A DNA stretch of 64,000 nt. Source: Arcobacteraceae bacterium (GTDB lineage Bacteria; Campylobacterota; Campylobacteria; Campylobacterales; Arcobacteraceae). The stretch spans positions 454,958 to 518,957 of the forward strand of contig CBDCZH010000010.1 of assembly GCA_965224485.1 (NCBI GenBank). The letters are read 5' to 3'. The notes below the pieces were generated by a model. The model was not told where the DNA came from and did no database searches. It saw only the letters and a program-made list of their open reading frames with translations. A program made the position numbers and the translations under genes. Every line of letters begins with the position of its first letter. The first letter of the stretch is position 1. Shown piece by piece: positions 20,178 to 32,329 of this stretch.

Positions 20178-21147
20178 CTACTCTTTTAAAAGGTCTCTGT
20201 AGAACTGAGTATAGTTTGTATCTTTTTCATCTCTTGCTTTCATAGCTGGTCTTGGGTGTTCATTTAACTGTCCTGTCAACATATAAGGAATTGAATATCC
20301 CCAATCTAGTTTTTTCTCTAAAGGAACAATATATTCTTCTAAAAATCTAAGTATTGGCATAAGTTTTATATTTTGGATTCTTTAAAAACCCAACTATTAA
20401 CTCCATAGGGCAGTTTCCAGCACCTCGTCCAAGACCAGAAATTGTAACATCTAAATAAGAAGTTCCATAAATCATGGCTTCAATAGTATTAGCATAAGCT
20501 AATTGCATATTATTATGGGCATGAATACCTATTTTTTTACCACAACTCTCTGCTACTTTTAAGTACTTTTCAGTAAGTTTTTTTATTTGTTCTGGATAAA
20601 ATGAACCAAAACTATCTGCTATATAAATAACATCAACATCTGTTTTACTTAAAGCTTCTAATACTTCACTTAGTTCATCATCAAAAGATTTAGAAACTGC
20701 CATAACATTAACTGTTGTTTCGTAACCTTTATTATGAGCATCTTGTATTAGCTCAATTGCAGCAGGAAGTTGATGAATATATGTAGCAATTCTAATCATA
20801 TCAACTACACTTTCACTTTTAGGAAGTAATTCTTCTTTTAAAGATCTTCCAATATCAGACATAACTGCAATTTTTAGATTTGTATTATTATCACCTACAA
20901 TTCTTCTAATATCTTCTTCTTTACAAAAATTCCAAGGTCCATATTCATCTACGCTCATAATTGTAGGAGATACATTTTTACCAATTTCCATATAATCAAT
21001 TCCCGCTTCTACGCATGTATTATAATGTGCTTTTACAAATTCATCTGTAAATTGATAATTATTAACTAAACCGCCATCTCTAATTGTACAGTCAAAAACT
21101 TTTATATCTTCTCTTACTGTAAGTATTGAACCTTTTTTCTCAATCAT
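20178..21147 (-). CDS. DmpG/HMGL-like (DRE-TIM) aldolase family protein; frameshift ~20360
   Basis: DCTIRDGG, YIADSFGS, GIHAHNN, GLGRGAGN; C-terminus WGYSIPYMLTGQLNEHP. Confidence 0.82.
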
Positions 21148-21347
21148 AAGTATTCCTATTTGTTTTTTATATAATAATTATAGTTATAATATCTTAAGAG
21201 TAGAAAAAAGAGCTTAGAATTAAGGTTTTTTTATAAAAAAGAGTAAATAGCTTTTATTTTTAACATTTTTTCTAATTTAAGTTCGTATATATTCTTTCTT
21301 AAAATATTATTTTAGAATAAATGCTATAATTCAAGCTAAGGATTTTA

Positions 21348-22061
21348 ATGAGTTTATTTCTTGAATTAATATTATTTTCTCTTTTATCTGGATCAACGGT
21401 TTTTGTAGGAGCTGTTATCTCTTTTGTTTTTGAAAAATTTGTTCCTCTTGGTTTATTTAAAAAAGAGTTGATTCATACTTTTATTGCTTTTGGTGCAGGT
21501 ATTATGTTAGCTGCTGTATCTTTTGTTTTAATTCCCCAAGCAGTTGAAGTTTTAACAATTGTGCAAACAATTATATTTTTTACTCTAGGAAGTATTTGTT
21601 TTTATTTTATAAGCGAATACATTAAAAAGAAAAAAACAAAAGTTTCTCAATTAATGGCAATGTTATTAGATTTTATACCAGAATCAATATCTTTGGGTTC
21701 TATGTTTCTTATAAATCATTCTTTTGCTATTTTATTAGCAGTTTTTATTGCTTTGCAGAATCTACCTGAAGCTTTTAACTCATATTTAGAATTAAGAAAA
21801 TTTAAAACAAGTATTTTTAAAACTTTATTAATACTATTTTGTTTAAGTTTTGTAGGTCTTATATTTTCACTTTTAGGATATATATTTTTAAAAAGCTCAC
21901 CTAGCATTACAGCTGCTATAATGATTTTTTCAAGTGGTGGAATTTTATATCTTATTTTTGAAGATATTGCTCCATCTTTTAGACTAAAAGAAAACTCCTT
22001 AGCTGTTTTAGGGGTTAACTTTGGTTTTATTGTAGGGTTATTATGTCACTTACTGGTATAA
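21348..22061 (+). CDS. ZIP-family metal transporter
   Basis: AFGAGIML, LDFIPE, LQNLPEAF; multi-TM. Confidence 0.85.
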   Translation: MSLFLELILFSLLSGSTVFVGAVISFVFEKFVPLGLFKKELIHTFIAFGAGIMLAAVSFVLIPQAVEVLTIVQTIIFFTLGSICFYFISEYIKKKKTKVSQLMAMLLDFIPESISLGSMFLINHSFAILLAVFIALQNLPEAFNSYLELRKFKTSIFKTLLILFCLSFVGLIFSLLGYIFLKSSPSITAAIMIFSSGGILYLIFEDIAPSFRLKENSLAVLGVNFGFIVGLLCHLLV

Positions 22062-22086
22062 AGAGAATATTATATTCTCTTTATTT

Positions 22087-22368
22087 TCAGGATTTACTCA
22101 TATGTGAGCTAAAATTATCTATATAATTATCTAAATTTTGTTCTAACATTTTTGTATATTCTTTTACAAAATACTCCATAATCTCACCTTTTGCTTCTAA
22201 CATCTCTTTTGCAGTATCAAAATTACGTGCAGCTATCCATGAATTAAATCTTGTTTGTGCATACATTAAAGAAGAACTTACTTCTCCTGGTTCTACTTCT
22301 TCACTAATTTGTTCATTTGCTAATTTGATATGATCATCTGCTCTTTTATAAAATTCTTCTTGATTCAT
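22087..22368 (-). CDS. DUF3144-like small protein
   Basis: FYKRADDHIKLANEQ...LMYAQTRFN...MLEQNLDNY. Confidence 0.75.
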   Translation of the reverse strand: MNQEEFYKRADDHIKLANEQISEEVEPGEVSSSLMYAQTRFNSWIAARNFDTAKEMLEAKGEIMEYFVKEYTKMLEQNLDNYIDNFSSHMSKS

Positions 22369-22516
22369 TTGTATCCTTAATCTTTTTCTTTACTTTGTAT
22401 AAAGTTGATTATATGTAAATATTTATTAAAGTGTATTATTATCAATCAAGTTTTTTAATTATTACGAGTATTATTTAAACAATTTTTTATTATAATAAGA
22501 AAAAATAGGTGCCAAA

Positions 22517-23218
22517 ATGAAAAAAAAGCTATATTTACTTCCTGGAATCATGACAAATGAGCTTTTATGGAGTTATTTGTTGCCATATTTAAAAAATGAT
22601 TATGAATTAATTAATATTAGCATTCCTTTGGAAAACTCTTTTGATGAAGTTGTAGATGTTTTAGCTTCAAGATTTAAAAATAAAAAGATAAATCTTTTGG
22701 GGTTTTCTTTGGGTGGATATATTGCTACATATTTTGCATTAAAATACCCATCTTTAGTATCAAAGGTCTTTATTGTAGGAAGTAGTCCTTGTATGCTTTT
22801 AGAAGAAGAGATAGAAAAAAGAAAAAATGCTATTAATTTTGTAAAACAAAATGGCTTAAAAGACTTAAGTAGAAAAAAAGTTATATCTTTATTAGATAAA
22901 AAAAATGAAAAGAACGATAATTTAATAAAACTTATACAAAAAATGTATACAGATTTAGGAAAAGATACCTTTATAACGCAATTTACTTCTACATTAAGTA
23001 GAAATAACTTATTTGATGAATTAAAAGAGTTTAAGAATGTTATGACATTTTATTATTGTAAAAATGATAGATTAGTAAATGTCAAATATTTAAATAAAAT
23101 AAAAAAAGAAAGAAAAGATTTCACTTTCATAGAAATAGAGGGTTTCTCACACATGATACCACTAGAAAGTCCAAAAAATCTCTCAAATGAAATTAAATTA
23201 TGGCTTGAAAGCACTTAG
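22517..23218 (+). CDS. Alpha/beta hydrolase
   Basis: GFSLGG nucleophile elbow; SHMIPLE. Confidence 0.85.
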   Translation: MKKKLYLLPGIMTNELLWSYLLPYLKNDYELINISIPLENSFDEVVDVLASRFKNKKINLLGFSLGGYIATYFALKYPSLVSKVFIVGSSPCMLLEEEIEKRKNAINFVKQNGLKDLSRKKVISLLDKKNEKNDNLIKLIQKMYTDLGKDTFITQFTSTLSRNNLFDELKEFKNVMTFYYCKNDRLVNVKYLNKIKKERKDFTFIEIEGFSHMIPLESPKNLSNEIKLWLEST

Positions 23219-23294
23219 AATAAGAATATTATAAAAATGTAAGTTTGAAATGTCTGTATTTGGGGATATTTATTTGAAGTGTAAGATATAAGTT

Positions 23295-23323
23295 AAAAAA
23301 AAAGAGAGTTTCCTCTCTTTTTT
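23295..23323 (-). terminator. Terminator downstream of the cold-shock gene
   Basis: aaaaaaagagag-tttc-ctctctttttt. Confidence 0.7.
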
Positions 23324-23331
23324 AAAGGTTC

Positions 23332-23550
23332 TTATAAACCTGTAACGTTCTCAGCTTGAGGACCTTTTTGACCTTCGCCAATTTCAAAAGAAACTTTCTG
23401 ACCGTCATTTAAAGAAACTCTATCATAACCATTACTATTAATTTGTCTATAATGTACGAATACATCTTTTCCACCATCTTCAGGTTCTATAAAACCAAAA
23501 CCTTTTTCGCTATTAAACCATTTTACTGTTCCGTTTACTAATGTTGCCAT
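23332..23550 (-). CDS. cspA: Cold-shock protein (CspA family)
   Basis: [30 protein letters not shown]. Confidence 0.93.
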   Translation of the reverse strand: MATLVNGTVKWFNSEKGFGFIEPEDGGKDVFVHYRQINSNGYDRVSLNDGQKVSFEIGEGQKGPQAENVTGL

Positions 23551-23640
23551 TGTATTTCCTTTTGTTGTTAATATACTTCATTTCTAAAGCTATGAAAATA
23601 TAAAGTCGAGCATTCTTTAGATATATAATATTGGATCTTT

Positions 23641-23676
23641 AACAAAACAATAAAATGTAACAAAACAATAAAATGT
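23641..23676. repeat. 18-bp tandem duplication upstream of the csp gene
   Basis: aacaaaacaataaaatgt x2. Confidence 0.85.
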
Positions 23677-23886
23677 AACACTATAGATGAACTCTAAATC
23701 ATCTTTCAATTGTGTGAGTATACCTTAAGTTTTTACAAAATATACTAAAATTAAAGGAAATTTAATAAATAATAAAAAAAAACTATATTATGAATATTAT
23801 TTATGTACAAATATATGCTAAATTAAGTAATACTTTTATAAGAATATTTAAGTTAATATATATTTATTAAACAAAAAGGCTAAAAT

Positions 23887-24126
23887 TTGAAAACTTTTAA
23901 ATATTTATTTACACTTGGGCTAAGTGCCTTCTTATTCGCTGCTTGTAGTCAAGCTAAGCTTGAAAATACAAAAGTAGTAACAGAAGAAAATCAAGTTTCT
24001 AAAACTGCACTTATGGTTGAACTATGTAAAAAACATTTAGGTGAGGAAAATTATTATTTTATTAATGAATTATATAATGATAAAGATGCTGCTCTTAATA
24101 AATGCAAAGAAGAGTTAGGTTTATAA
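23887..24126 (+). CDS. Small lipoprotein
   Basis: Lipobox LFAAC. Confidence 0.7.
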   Translation: MKTFKYLFTLGLSAFLFAACSQAKLENTKVVTEENQVSKTALMVELCKKHLGEENYYFINELYNDKDAALNKCKEELGL

Positions 24127-24353
24127 AATTATTTAATTAAATCTAATAATATTAAAAATAATTTTGCTCTTTTATCTTATATATATAATGAATACTTCTT
24201 ATTTTATTTGAAAATTATGGTATAATCCCGATACTTCAATATATATGTCTATTAAAGGCATGGTGTAATAATCTCATTATTAAAATCAAATATTTAAGCT
24301 AAATTACTAATAAAACTAATATTTAAATAGATTTAAAAAAAAAGGTACTTAAT

Positions 24354-25718
24354 ATGTCATTTTCAAAACTTGGTTTATGCCAAGAACTTTTAAAAGCAGT
24401 AGAAGAACAAGGTTATACAACTGCAACACCTATACAGGAAAAAGCTATTCCTTTAATTTTACAAAAAAAGGATATCTTAGCTGGAGCTCAAACAGGAACA
24501 GGTAAGACTGCTGGTTTTACACTTCCCCTATTAGAACTTCTAAGACAAAAAAAATCTAAGGGCAAAACTAAAGTTAGAGCTTTAGTTTTAACACCTACAA
24601 GAGAGCTAGCTGCTCAAGTAGGAGAAAGTATCTCTTTATATGGTAAATACTTACCATTTAAAAGCACAGTTATTTTTGGAGGAGTTGGAATCAACCCTCA
24701 AAAAGCTACTTTAAGAAAGGGAGTTGATATTGTAACAGCAACACCTGGAAGGCTTTTGGATTTACTTTCTCAAAACTGCATTGATTTAACGTCATTAGAG
24801 TTTTTAATTCTTGATGAAGCAGACCGTATGTTAGATATGGGTTTTATCAATGACATTAAAAAAATTCTTAAAATTTTGCCAAGAGATAAACAAACATTAT
24901 TTTTCTCAGCAACATTTTCAAATGATATTAAAAAACTAGCAGATGGATTATTAAATGACCCTGCCTTAATAGAAGTTGCAAAATCAAACTCTTCTAATGA
25001 AGCAATTACACAAATTGTTCATTATGTAGATAAAGATACAAAGAAAAAACTTTTAACTCATTTAATACATGAAGGAAAGTGGGAGCAAGTTTTAGTCTTC
25101 ACTAAAACTAAACATGGGGCAAATAAATTAAGTGAGCATTTGAATAAAAACTTTATAACTTCAAGTGCAATTCATGGGAATAAATCACAAGGTGCAAGAA
25201 CTAAGGCTTTGGCAGATTTTAAAGCAAGAAATGTAAAAGTTTTAGTTGCAACTGATATAGCAGCAAGGGGAATTGATATTGATTTATTACCTCATGTTGT
25301 GAATTTTGAACTTCCTAATGTATCTGAGGATTATGTTCATAGAATTGGACGAACAGGTAGAGCTGGTAATGATGGTGTTGCTTTATCACTTGTTTGTGGA
25401 GAAGAAGTTGAATTTTTAGAAGATATAGAAAAATTAATCAAAAAACAAATAGAAGTTGTTGAAATTGATGGTTTTACTTCTTACCAAAAGAAAGTAAAAG
25501 CTGTTAAAAAAATAAATACTAGAGGAAGATCTTCTAATTCAAGACCTAGAGATCAAAGAGATAAAAATCCTAGAAATAAAGATTCTAAATCTCAAGGAAA
25601 TCAAAAAGACTCTAAAAATTCAAGAAATCAAAAAGATTCAAGAAATAACTCAAGTCAAACAAGAGCTCCAAGAAGCCAACAAAGCTCAAGAAGAGGCAGC
25701 TCTAACAGAAATAAATAG
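24354..25718 (+). CDS. rhlE: DEAD-box RNA helicase (RhlE-like)
   Basis: Q motif, [29 protein letters not shown]; basic low-complexity tail. Confidence 0.9.
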   Translation: MSFSKLGLCQELLKAVEEQGYTTATPIQEKAIPLILQKKDILAGAQTGTGKTAGFTLPLLELLRQKKSKGKTKVRALVLTPTRELAAQVGESISLYGKYLPFKSTVIFGGVGINPQKATLRKGVDIVTATPGRLLDLLSQNCIDLTSLEFLILDEADRMLDMGFINDIKKILKILPRDKQTLFFSATFSNDIKKLADGLLNDPALIEVAKSNSSNEAITQIVHYVDKDTKKKLLTHLIHEGKWEQVLVFTKTKHGANKLSEHLNKNFITSSAIHGNKSQGARTKALADFKARNVKVLVATDIAARGIDIDLLPHVVNFELPNVSEDYVHRIGRTGRAGNDGVALSLVCGEEVEFLEDIEKLIKKQIEVVEIDGFTSYQKKVKAVKKINTRGRSSNSRPRDQRDKNPRNKDSKSQGNQKDSKNSRNQKDSRNNSSQTRAPRSQQSSRRGSSNRNK

Positions 25719-26024
25719 TTTCTAAGTAAAAGAGATAAGTATTTTATCTCTTTTGACTTCTAATAAATGAGCTTCTATAATATATCTCTTTTAAAAACAC
25801 TATAAGTGACAAAATCAAAGAAAACATTGCTAATATAAATAAAACTGCTATAAGGACAGTACTTTTAAAGCTAAATTGAGCTGATAAAAATATTAAATAA
25901 ACAGTATTAAATATCAAAAAGTATAATTTTAGTAAACTACGATATTTTATCTATACAAGTTAAGAATAAATAGTAAAAAAAGCTATAATATTTAAAGAAA
26001 ATCTTAGATAGATAAAGGAAAAAT

Positions 26025-26588
26025 ATGATTTTAGACTATAAAGAAGTAAATACTTTAAATAGATATAAACTAATGAGTGATACCGTTGTTCCAAGACCAG
26101 TAGCGTGGATAGTAACAAGTGATAATGGAGTGATAAATGCTGCTCCTTTTTCTTATTTTATTCCCTTATCATCAGATCCAGCAACACTAATTGTATCAAT
26201 TGGTCATAAAGAAGATGGTTCTCAAAAAGATTCACTTGCAAATATTTTAAAAAATAAAAAAGCAACAATTTGTTTTGTTAATAAGAATAATGTAGAGCAG
26301 GTTAAAAAATGTGCAATTTCTTTAAATAAAGACGAAAGTGAAATAGAAAAGTTTCAAATAGATGTAAAAGAAGTACTTGAAGACTATCCTCCTATGATAA
26401 GCTCTTCACAAAGTGCACTTTTTTGTGACTTTTATTCTACAGTTGAGCTTCCAGGTATTACTGTTCCTTTAATTTTAGAAATTAAACATCAGTTTATTGA
26501 AGATGATAGATTAGATGAGAAATTTCATGTAAAAGTTGATAACTTAGGTAGAAGTGGAGCTTATTTTAAAGCTATGGTAGATATTTAG
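26025..26588 (+). CDS. Flavin reductase-like (DIM6/NTAB) protein
   Basis: VVPRPVAW, NAAPFSYF, KDSLANI. Confidence 0.85.
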   Translation: MILDYKEVNTLNRYKLMSDTVVPRPVAWIVTSDNGVINAAPFSYFIPLSSDPATLIVSIGHKEDGSQKDSLANILKNKKATICFVNKNNVEQVKKCAISLNKDESEIEKFQIDVKEVLEDYPPMISSSQSALFCDFYSTVELPGITVPLILEIKHQFIEDDRLDEKFHVKVDNLGRSGAYFKAMVDI

Positions 26589-26615
26589 TAAGAGTTTAGC
26601 TCTTAATTTTTTATA

Positions 26616-26640
26616 AAAAGAGTCTTTAAAGACTCTTTTT
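26616..26640. terminator. Bidirectional terminator between convergent genes
   Basis: aaaagagtcttt/aaagactctttt inverted repeat. Confidence 0.65.
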
Positions 26641-27478
26641 ATTGAACTACTTGATGTAGTTTTGAACAATGTTTAAGATGTATGTTAGATCCATTCATAT
26701 CATTTAAGATATCTTGAAAACTATGAATATGAGCATTATAAATATATATAAATATTTCATCATTTTTTTCTAAATAATGTTTTTTACCAAAATCTGCATA
26801 TGCAGTTGCTCCTGCTGCTATTAATACTCCTTTTTTCCCTTCAATATTTTTTAAAAAAGGACTTAGTTTTTCTAATGGCCCACAATCTTCTTGTTCATTT
26901 AATTTATCTATCATCCATGTTTTTAAAGTATCAAAAAAGTATGAGTACGATTTAACAGCTGATGTTGTTCCATAATCATGTACTATTCCATCTCTTTTTA
27001 TAAAAGAACAGATATGGTAATTATTTAAAATGCCTTCAGAGCTAAAAGAATCAATTTGTATAAATTCATTTGAAATTCCTTTTGAGTTTTCTCCCCAGTT
27101 CTTTTTTGTACTTAATTTATTTCCATCATTTACTCTAATACTACAATCATTAAACGCTGCAAAAGATTTAGGTTCTAAATCTATTAGTTTTCCATTTTTA
27201 TATACAAAGTCACATAATAAAGCAACTTCTGCTTCAACTTGTAAAAATTCACAATCATTATGATTTATACTATCATCAGAAATTGGAAACTCTTTTAAAA
27301 AACTGTTATGACCAGGAATATAAAAAGGGAAAAGCCCTTTTGGGGCATCTTTTTTTGTTTGTATTTGGGCAAATTCATCACCTTCTCCCGCTTCATCTAA
27401 ATGGTTTGCAAAATTACCTGCAACTCCAAAACCTAAATAGTCTTTAAATTTATTAGTATCATAAATATATTTTTTCAT
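26639..27478 (-). CDS. Conserved hypothetical protein (DUF5718-like)
   Basis: GVAGNFANHL, APKGLFPFY, QVEAE, FNDCSIR, KKNWG. Confidence 0.7.
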   Translation of the reverse strand: MKKYIYDTNKFKDYLGFGVAGNFANHLDEAGEGDEFAQIQTKKDAPKGLFPFYIPGHNSFLKEFPISDDSINHNDCEFLQVEAEVALLCDFVYKNGKLIDLEPKSFAAFNDCSIRVNDGNKLSTKKNWGENSKGISNEFIQIDSFSSEGILNNYHICSFIKRDGIVHDYGTTSAVKSYSYFFDTLKTWMIDKLNEQEDCGPLEKLSPFLKNIEGKKGVLIAAGATAYADFGKKHYLEKNDEIFIYIYNAHIHSFQDILNDMNGSNIHLKHCSKLHQVVQ

Positions 27479-27670
27479 TTCTTATCCTTTAAATCTTCTT
27501 TTTTAATATAAGTTTTTATTTAAGGATTGTATATCTTCTAAGAGGTAAAAAGCTTGAATAAGAAACTTTCGTTTATATTCATAGCTTTTTATTTAAAATC
27601 AACAAAACCTTTAAAAAGTTTCGCAGACGAGTTTTAGTTTAAATATTTTTAACTTTTTCATATTTTACCT

Positions 27671-28654
27671 TTAAGAGAAGAATCTTTTTTCAACTTCTTC
27701 TTGTAATTTAAATCCTGAGAATTTAGCTCTTTGAACTAATTCCCAAAAATATCTATATGTTGCTCTATCATGTAACTCCCCTTCATACTGAATAGGTCCC
27801 CATTGTGCATCTTGTGCTGCTAGTAAAATATTTTGAGCAGCTAGAACTTCTGTAAAATCTGGTTTCATAGCATCAACAATAGCTTGAATTTGTGTTGGAT
27901 AAATTGACCACATTCTCATAAAACCAAAAGAGTTTCTAGCAATCTCGGCATCTTTAAATGTTTGATAAGGATTTTTTAAATCAAGTGTTACATTATGACA
28001 AGGAATAATATGATTAGAAATAGCAGCTTGTGCAACTTTCGCTTTAGCAGCCGAGATTAGTTTGTGCTCAAACTGACCTGGACTTCTCATATTACTTGCA
28101 GCAATTGCTCCTTGGTAACCTGAAACAAAATCCATTAAACCAAAGTCTAATACTTGTAACCAAGGTAAAGTTGCAATAAGTTCAACATCTCTTAGTGCTC
28201 CATGTGTTTCAACTAAAACATGAATAGGAATTTCTCTTGTAATTCCTACTTCTTTACACTTATCTTGAATATATTCAATTTGAGTTTTAATATCTTCAAA
28301 ACAGTGTGATTTAGGTAAAGTAATATAAGCAAGTTTTTCTCCAGCCCCAGGAACTAAAATATCAATATCCCCTCTCCAGTGTTCATTTGCATGATCGTGT
28401 ATTCTGCAACCAGCCATTGCGTATTTATTTGCATCTGAATTAACAAGTCTTACAATCATATTTGCATGTTCCGTCTCTTTTCCAGTTTGAGCTCCATCTT
28501 CACAATCACAAGTAATATCAAAAATAGGTCCTAACTTTTCTTGCATACCCATAGCTTTTAAAATCAATTTTTCACTTCCTGCAAAGTGTTCACAAGTTGG
28601 AATAATCGGTAAAGATTTTCCTGAGTCAAATAGTGCTTCATTTGGGTGTGTCAT
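27671..28654 (-). CDS. CitE/malyl-CoA lyase-like (HpcH/HpaI aldolase/citrate lyase family)
   Basis: DCEDGA, LPK, LVETHGA, FGLMD, WSIYPTQI, ELHDRA. Confidence 0.85.
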   Translation of the reverse strand: MTHPNEALFDSGKSLPIIPTCEHFAGSEKLILKAMGMQEKLGPIFDITCDCEDGAQTGKETEHANMIVRLVNSDANKYAMAGCRIHDHANEHWRGDIDILVPGAGEKLAYITLPKSHCFEDIKTQIEYIQDKCKEVGITREIPIHVLVETHGALRDVELIATLPWLQVLDFGLMDFVSGYQGAIAASNMRSPGQFEHKLISAAKAKVAQAAISNHIIPCHNVTLDLKNPYQTFKDAEIARNSFGFMRMWSIYPTQIQAIVDAMKPDFTEVLAAQNILLAAQDAQWGPIQYEGELHDRATYRYFWELVQRAKFSGFKLQEEVEKRFFS

Positions 28655-28698
28655 AATATTTCCTTTAATTTTTTATTCTTTTACTTTTTTAATACTTC

Positions 28699-29778
28699 TT
28701 AAATCTTTTTTGAACTTCTTTTTGGAATAACTACTGTGTAATCTAAATCCAAAACAACATTTTTTATATACTTGCCTTTTTCATCATATATATCATTAAC
28801 ATCACTTGCTTTAATATTTTTTAAGCCAATTGTTCTTAAACGTAAAAGCGCAATATCATCTCTGTTAATATCAATTTTTTCTAAAACTTGTGTATAAGCA
28901 TAAATAGTATCCCCTGCAAATGTTGGATTTGCATGTGTTCCTGAATTTATTGAATAAATCCATTGTGCATTTTGTAAACCATTAAATGAAATTGATCGTA
29001 CAATTGAAATTACATGACCTCCATACATTAGTCTTTGCCCAATTGCTGTATCTTTCATCATAAAATCATCAAAGTGTACCTTTGCATTATTCTGATAAAG
29101 TTTTGTAGCTAAGGTATGATCACTATTATCAATTGTTAAACCTTCTAAATGATTTAGTCTTTCATTGATTTCATAATCTTCATAAAAATACTCTCCACCT
29201 GTAACACTTGTATCAATATTTTTAATGATTGGAATATTAATATCTTTTTTAATTTCAAAAGTTTTACTAAAACATGGAATATGCTTAACTTTGCAGATGA
29301 AACTATGATCTTTTTTATGAACCATAACCCATCTTTTAAGATTTAAAATTTCAACATTATATTGGTTATATCCAATAGAATGAACATAAACAACACCACT
29401 TTTTTTACTTGAATTTTCTTTTAATCCAATAATTTCACTTTCTAATCTTATAGTATCTCCTACAAAAACAGGATTTGCAAAAGAAACTTCTGCATAACCT
29501 AGATTTGCTATTGCATTTAAAGATATATCTTGAACAGATTTTCCAAAAGTTAAATGAAATAATAATAAATCATCTAAGGGTCTATTTTTATATCCAAATT
29601 CACGAGCTAAAATATCACTTGAATGAAGTGCAAATCTACTTCCTGTTAGTGCAATATAAAAAGATACATCACCAGAATTTATTGTTCTAGGAAGGGCATG
29701 AGAGATTTTAGCTCCAAGACTAAAGTCTTCAAAAAAATTACCCTCATTTATTTTTGTACTAAGTATTGTTTTACTCAT
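28699..29778 (-). CDS. Double MaoC/hot-dog dehydratase (mesaconyl-CoA hydratase-like)
   Basis: GNFFEDF, GKSVQDISLNAIANLGY, second YFYEDY domain, YGGHVIS, HANPTFAGDT; GGAG RBS before ATG 29778. Confidence 0.82.
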   Translation of the reverse strand: MSKTILSTKINEGNFFEDFSLGAKISHALPRTINSGDVSFYIALTGSRFALHSSDILAREFGYKNRPLDDLLLFHLTFGKSVQDISLNAIANLGYAEVSFANPVFVGDTIRLESEIIGLKENSSKKSGVVYVHSIGYNQYNVEILNLKRWVMVHKKDHSFICKVKHIPCFSKTFEIKKDINIPIIKNIDTSVTGGEYFYEDYEINERLNHLEGLTIDNSDHTLATKLYQNNAKVHFDDFMMKDTAIGQRLMYGGHVISIVRSISFNGLQNAQWIYSINSGTHANPTFAGDTIYAYTQVLEKIDINRDDIALLRLRTIGLKNIKASDVNDIYDEKGKYIKNVVLDLDYTVVIPKRSSKKI

Positions 29779-29788
29779 AATTTTCTCC

Positions 29789-32317
29789 TTAAAATGAACT
29801 ATGACCGATTTCTTTAAATCGTTCATATAAAGTAATAGTTCTTTGCGCCCAATTTATTCTTGATTTATCTACTAAATCATTTCCAAATTTTATAACTTCT
29901 TTTCCTTCTTTAAGACCTTTGTTATACGCACTTATCATCTCTTTTGCTTGTTTAACTTCATCTTGTTTTGGTGTAAAGATATCATTTACATATTCTAATT
30001 GAATTGGATGTAAAACTGCTTTTCCATCACAACCTAAGTAAAATGCTTCTTTAGAACTCTCTTCACAAGAAAACTCATCTTTAATATCATAATGTGGTCC
30101 ATCTACAACTATTTTGTCATAAGCCCGTGCTGCTAAACAAATTTGACTCATATAATGAAACATTGCTTTAGTACTATGTTTTATATTAATTTGTAACTTT
30201 TGTGCTAACTTATTAGTTCCTATGATAATACATCTTAAGTTAGGACTCGCAGCACATATTTCTTGTATATTTAAAACACCTAAGGGTGTATCAATCATAA
30301 TCATTAATTCTAATTTACTATTTATTGAAACAATAATTTCTTGTGCTTTTAAAACATCAGATGCACTTTCAATACTTGAAAATAAAACTCCATCAATATC
30401 TAAGTTTTCTAAAAGGTCTAAATCTTTACTTAAAGAATTTGAATCAAGTTTATTTACTTTTACAATTTTTTCAGAATCCCCAAACTTAGAATCTTTCTTA
30501 AATTCATTATTTAAAAGTTCTCTTGCTGGTGCTTTTTGCTCATCTAAAATTGCTTCAAGATCAAAAATTAAAGCATCTGCTAAAACTATCCTTGCTCTTT
30601 GTACATTTTTTTCATTATATGCTGGAATAAACAACATAGAACGTCTTGGTCTATATTCTTTTACCTCAATTAAAGGCACAATAGTATTATTTAAAGCTAG
30701 AATATCTTTGATTAAATCTTTTCTTAAAACTTTTCCATTTTTAGTTTTTGGATACTCTTTTACTACATATATCTGTTTTGGAGCTTTATATTTTGCTAGA
30801 TTATTTTGACCATAAGATAAAATTTCTTCTTCTTCTTCTTTGCTTAAATCTTTTTTACTTAAAATAACAATAGCAACTATAGTTTTCTCAGCTGCTACAT
30901 CAAGTCCAATAGCAACACAATCAGCAACATTTTTATGAGTCTTAATAACTCTTTCAATCTCATGCGGGCTTACTCTATATCCAAAAGTATTAATAATGTC
31001 ATCTTTTCTACCTAAGAACCAAATATAACCATCTTTATCTTTTTTTGCATAATCACCTGTAAAAAAATAACCATTTCTTTTTACCTTAGCAGTCTCTTCT
31101 TCTAAATTCCAGTACTCTAAAAATAAACCTGGATCTTCAACTCCAATACAAATCATACCTTCTTCTTCAACTCCTACTTCTTCAAGAGTTTCAGGGTCTA
31201 AAAGTTTTACATTATGACCTGGTTGTACAAAACCAGCACTTCCTGGTCTAATTTCTCTGTATTTAGAGTGTGAGATATAATAAGAGAACTCACTCATTCC
31301 AATTGCTTCATAAATATCTTGTTTGAATCTACTTTGCCAAAGTCCAACCATTTCAGACTGATAAATGCTCCCCAGCACTCCATACAATGTCTTAAACTAG
31401 GACAATCTTCAATAGTAAAATCAGTTTTTTGAATAATTTGTCTATAAATAGTAGGAACTCCTATAAATATAGTACATTTATGTTTTTTAATTAATTCAAC
31501 CCAAGACTTAGCATCATTTTGCACCTTCATAAGCAATAACGGTTTGACCTTTATATAAAGGATCCATCAACGCTGAGCCTAAAACATAAGTCCAGTTAAA
31601 CTTTCCAGAGTGCATAATTCTGTCATTATTTTTAAAATCAAACCAAAATTCACTTGCAGGTGCACGACCAACTAAAGATCTATGCGAGTGTAAAACACCT
31701 TTAGGAAAACCCAGTTGTTCCAGATGTATAAACTAAATAAGCAGGCTCTCCTGATTTAGAGTTATAATGATTTGGAGTATGCATGTGCATTTTGTATAGC
31801 ATCTTCAAAACAATGTAAACTAGCCCCATGAGGTTTTTTTAAACTATTAATATCTTTAGATCCTGATACTATAATATGTTTTAAGTTATCAAGGTTCTCT
31901 AAATAAGGAAGTAGAGTTTCATACATAGAAGCTGATACTACAATAGCTTTTGCTTGAGAATCAGTTGCTAAATATTTTACTTCTTGACCACTTAATAGTG
32001 TTGAAGTAGGAACTGCCACTATTCCTGCTTTAATACTTCCAAAAAATGAAATAGGATAAGCAAGTGAATTTTTTAAACAAATTAATACTCTATCTCTTGG
32101 CTCTAACTTTATACTTTGTAAAAAGTTAGAAAACTTATCAGATTCTTCATTTAATGTTTTATATGTAATTTCGCTTGTTCCTAAATCACTATCTTCAATA
32201 ATCATAGCCGTTTGGTTCTCTTTATTTGTACCCATATGTGAAGTAGTACAAGCAGTTCCTATATTTAAAAACTCAGGGAACTTCAATTTCAAAGTGAGGA
32301 TATTGTTCTAATTTCAT
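29789..32317 (-). CDS. Acyl-CoA ligase (AMP-binding) fused to a C-terminal CitE-like lyase domain; several frameshifts
   Basis: AYLVYTSGT..PKGVLHSH, YEAIGMSE, TGD, GRKDD, PKTKNGK, then RPRRSMLFIPA...FDLEA...GKAVLHP in one frame; start MKLEQYPH with AAGGAG RBS. Confidence 0.78.
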
Positions 32318-32329
32318 CTTGTTCTCCTT

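Noticed and set aside
18428..21147. True pseudogenes for the NYN, DUF3050-like and aldolase genes
   Set aside because: Only homopolymer-type indels with intact motifs; sequencing error is more likely
30222..30809. 195-aa plus-strand ORF and similar antisense ORFs (e.g. 43527-43931, 1677-1931, 7508-7774)
   Set aside because: Antisense shadows of well-supported genes, with no recognisable motifs
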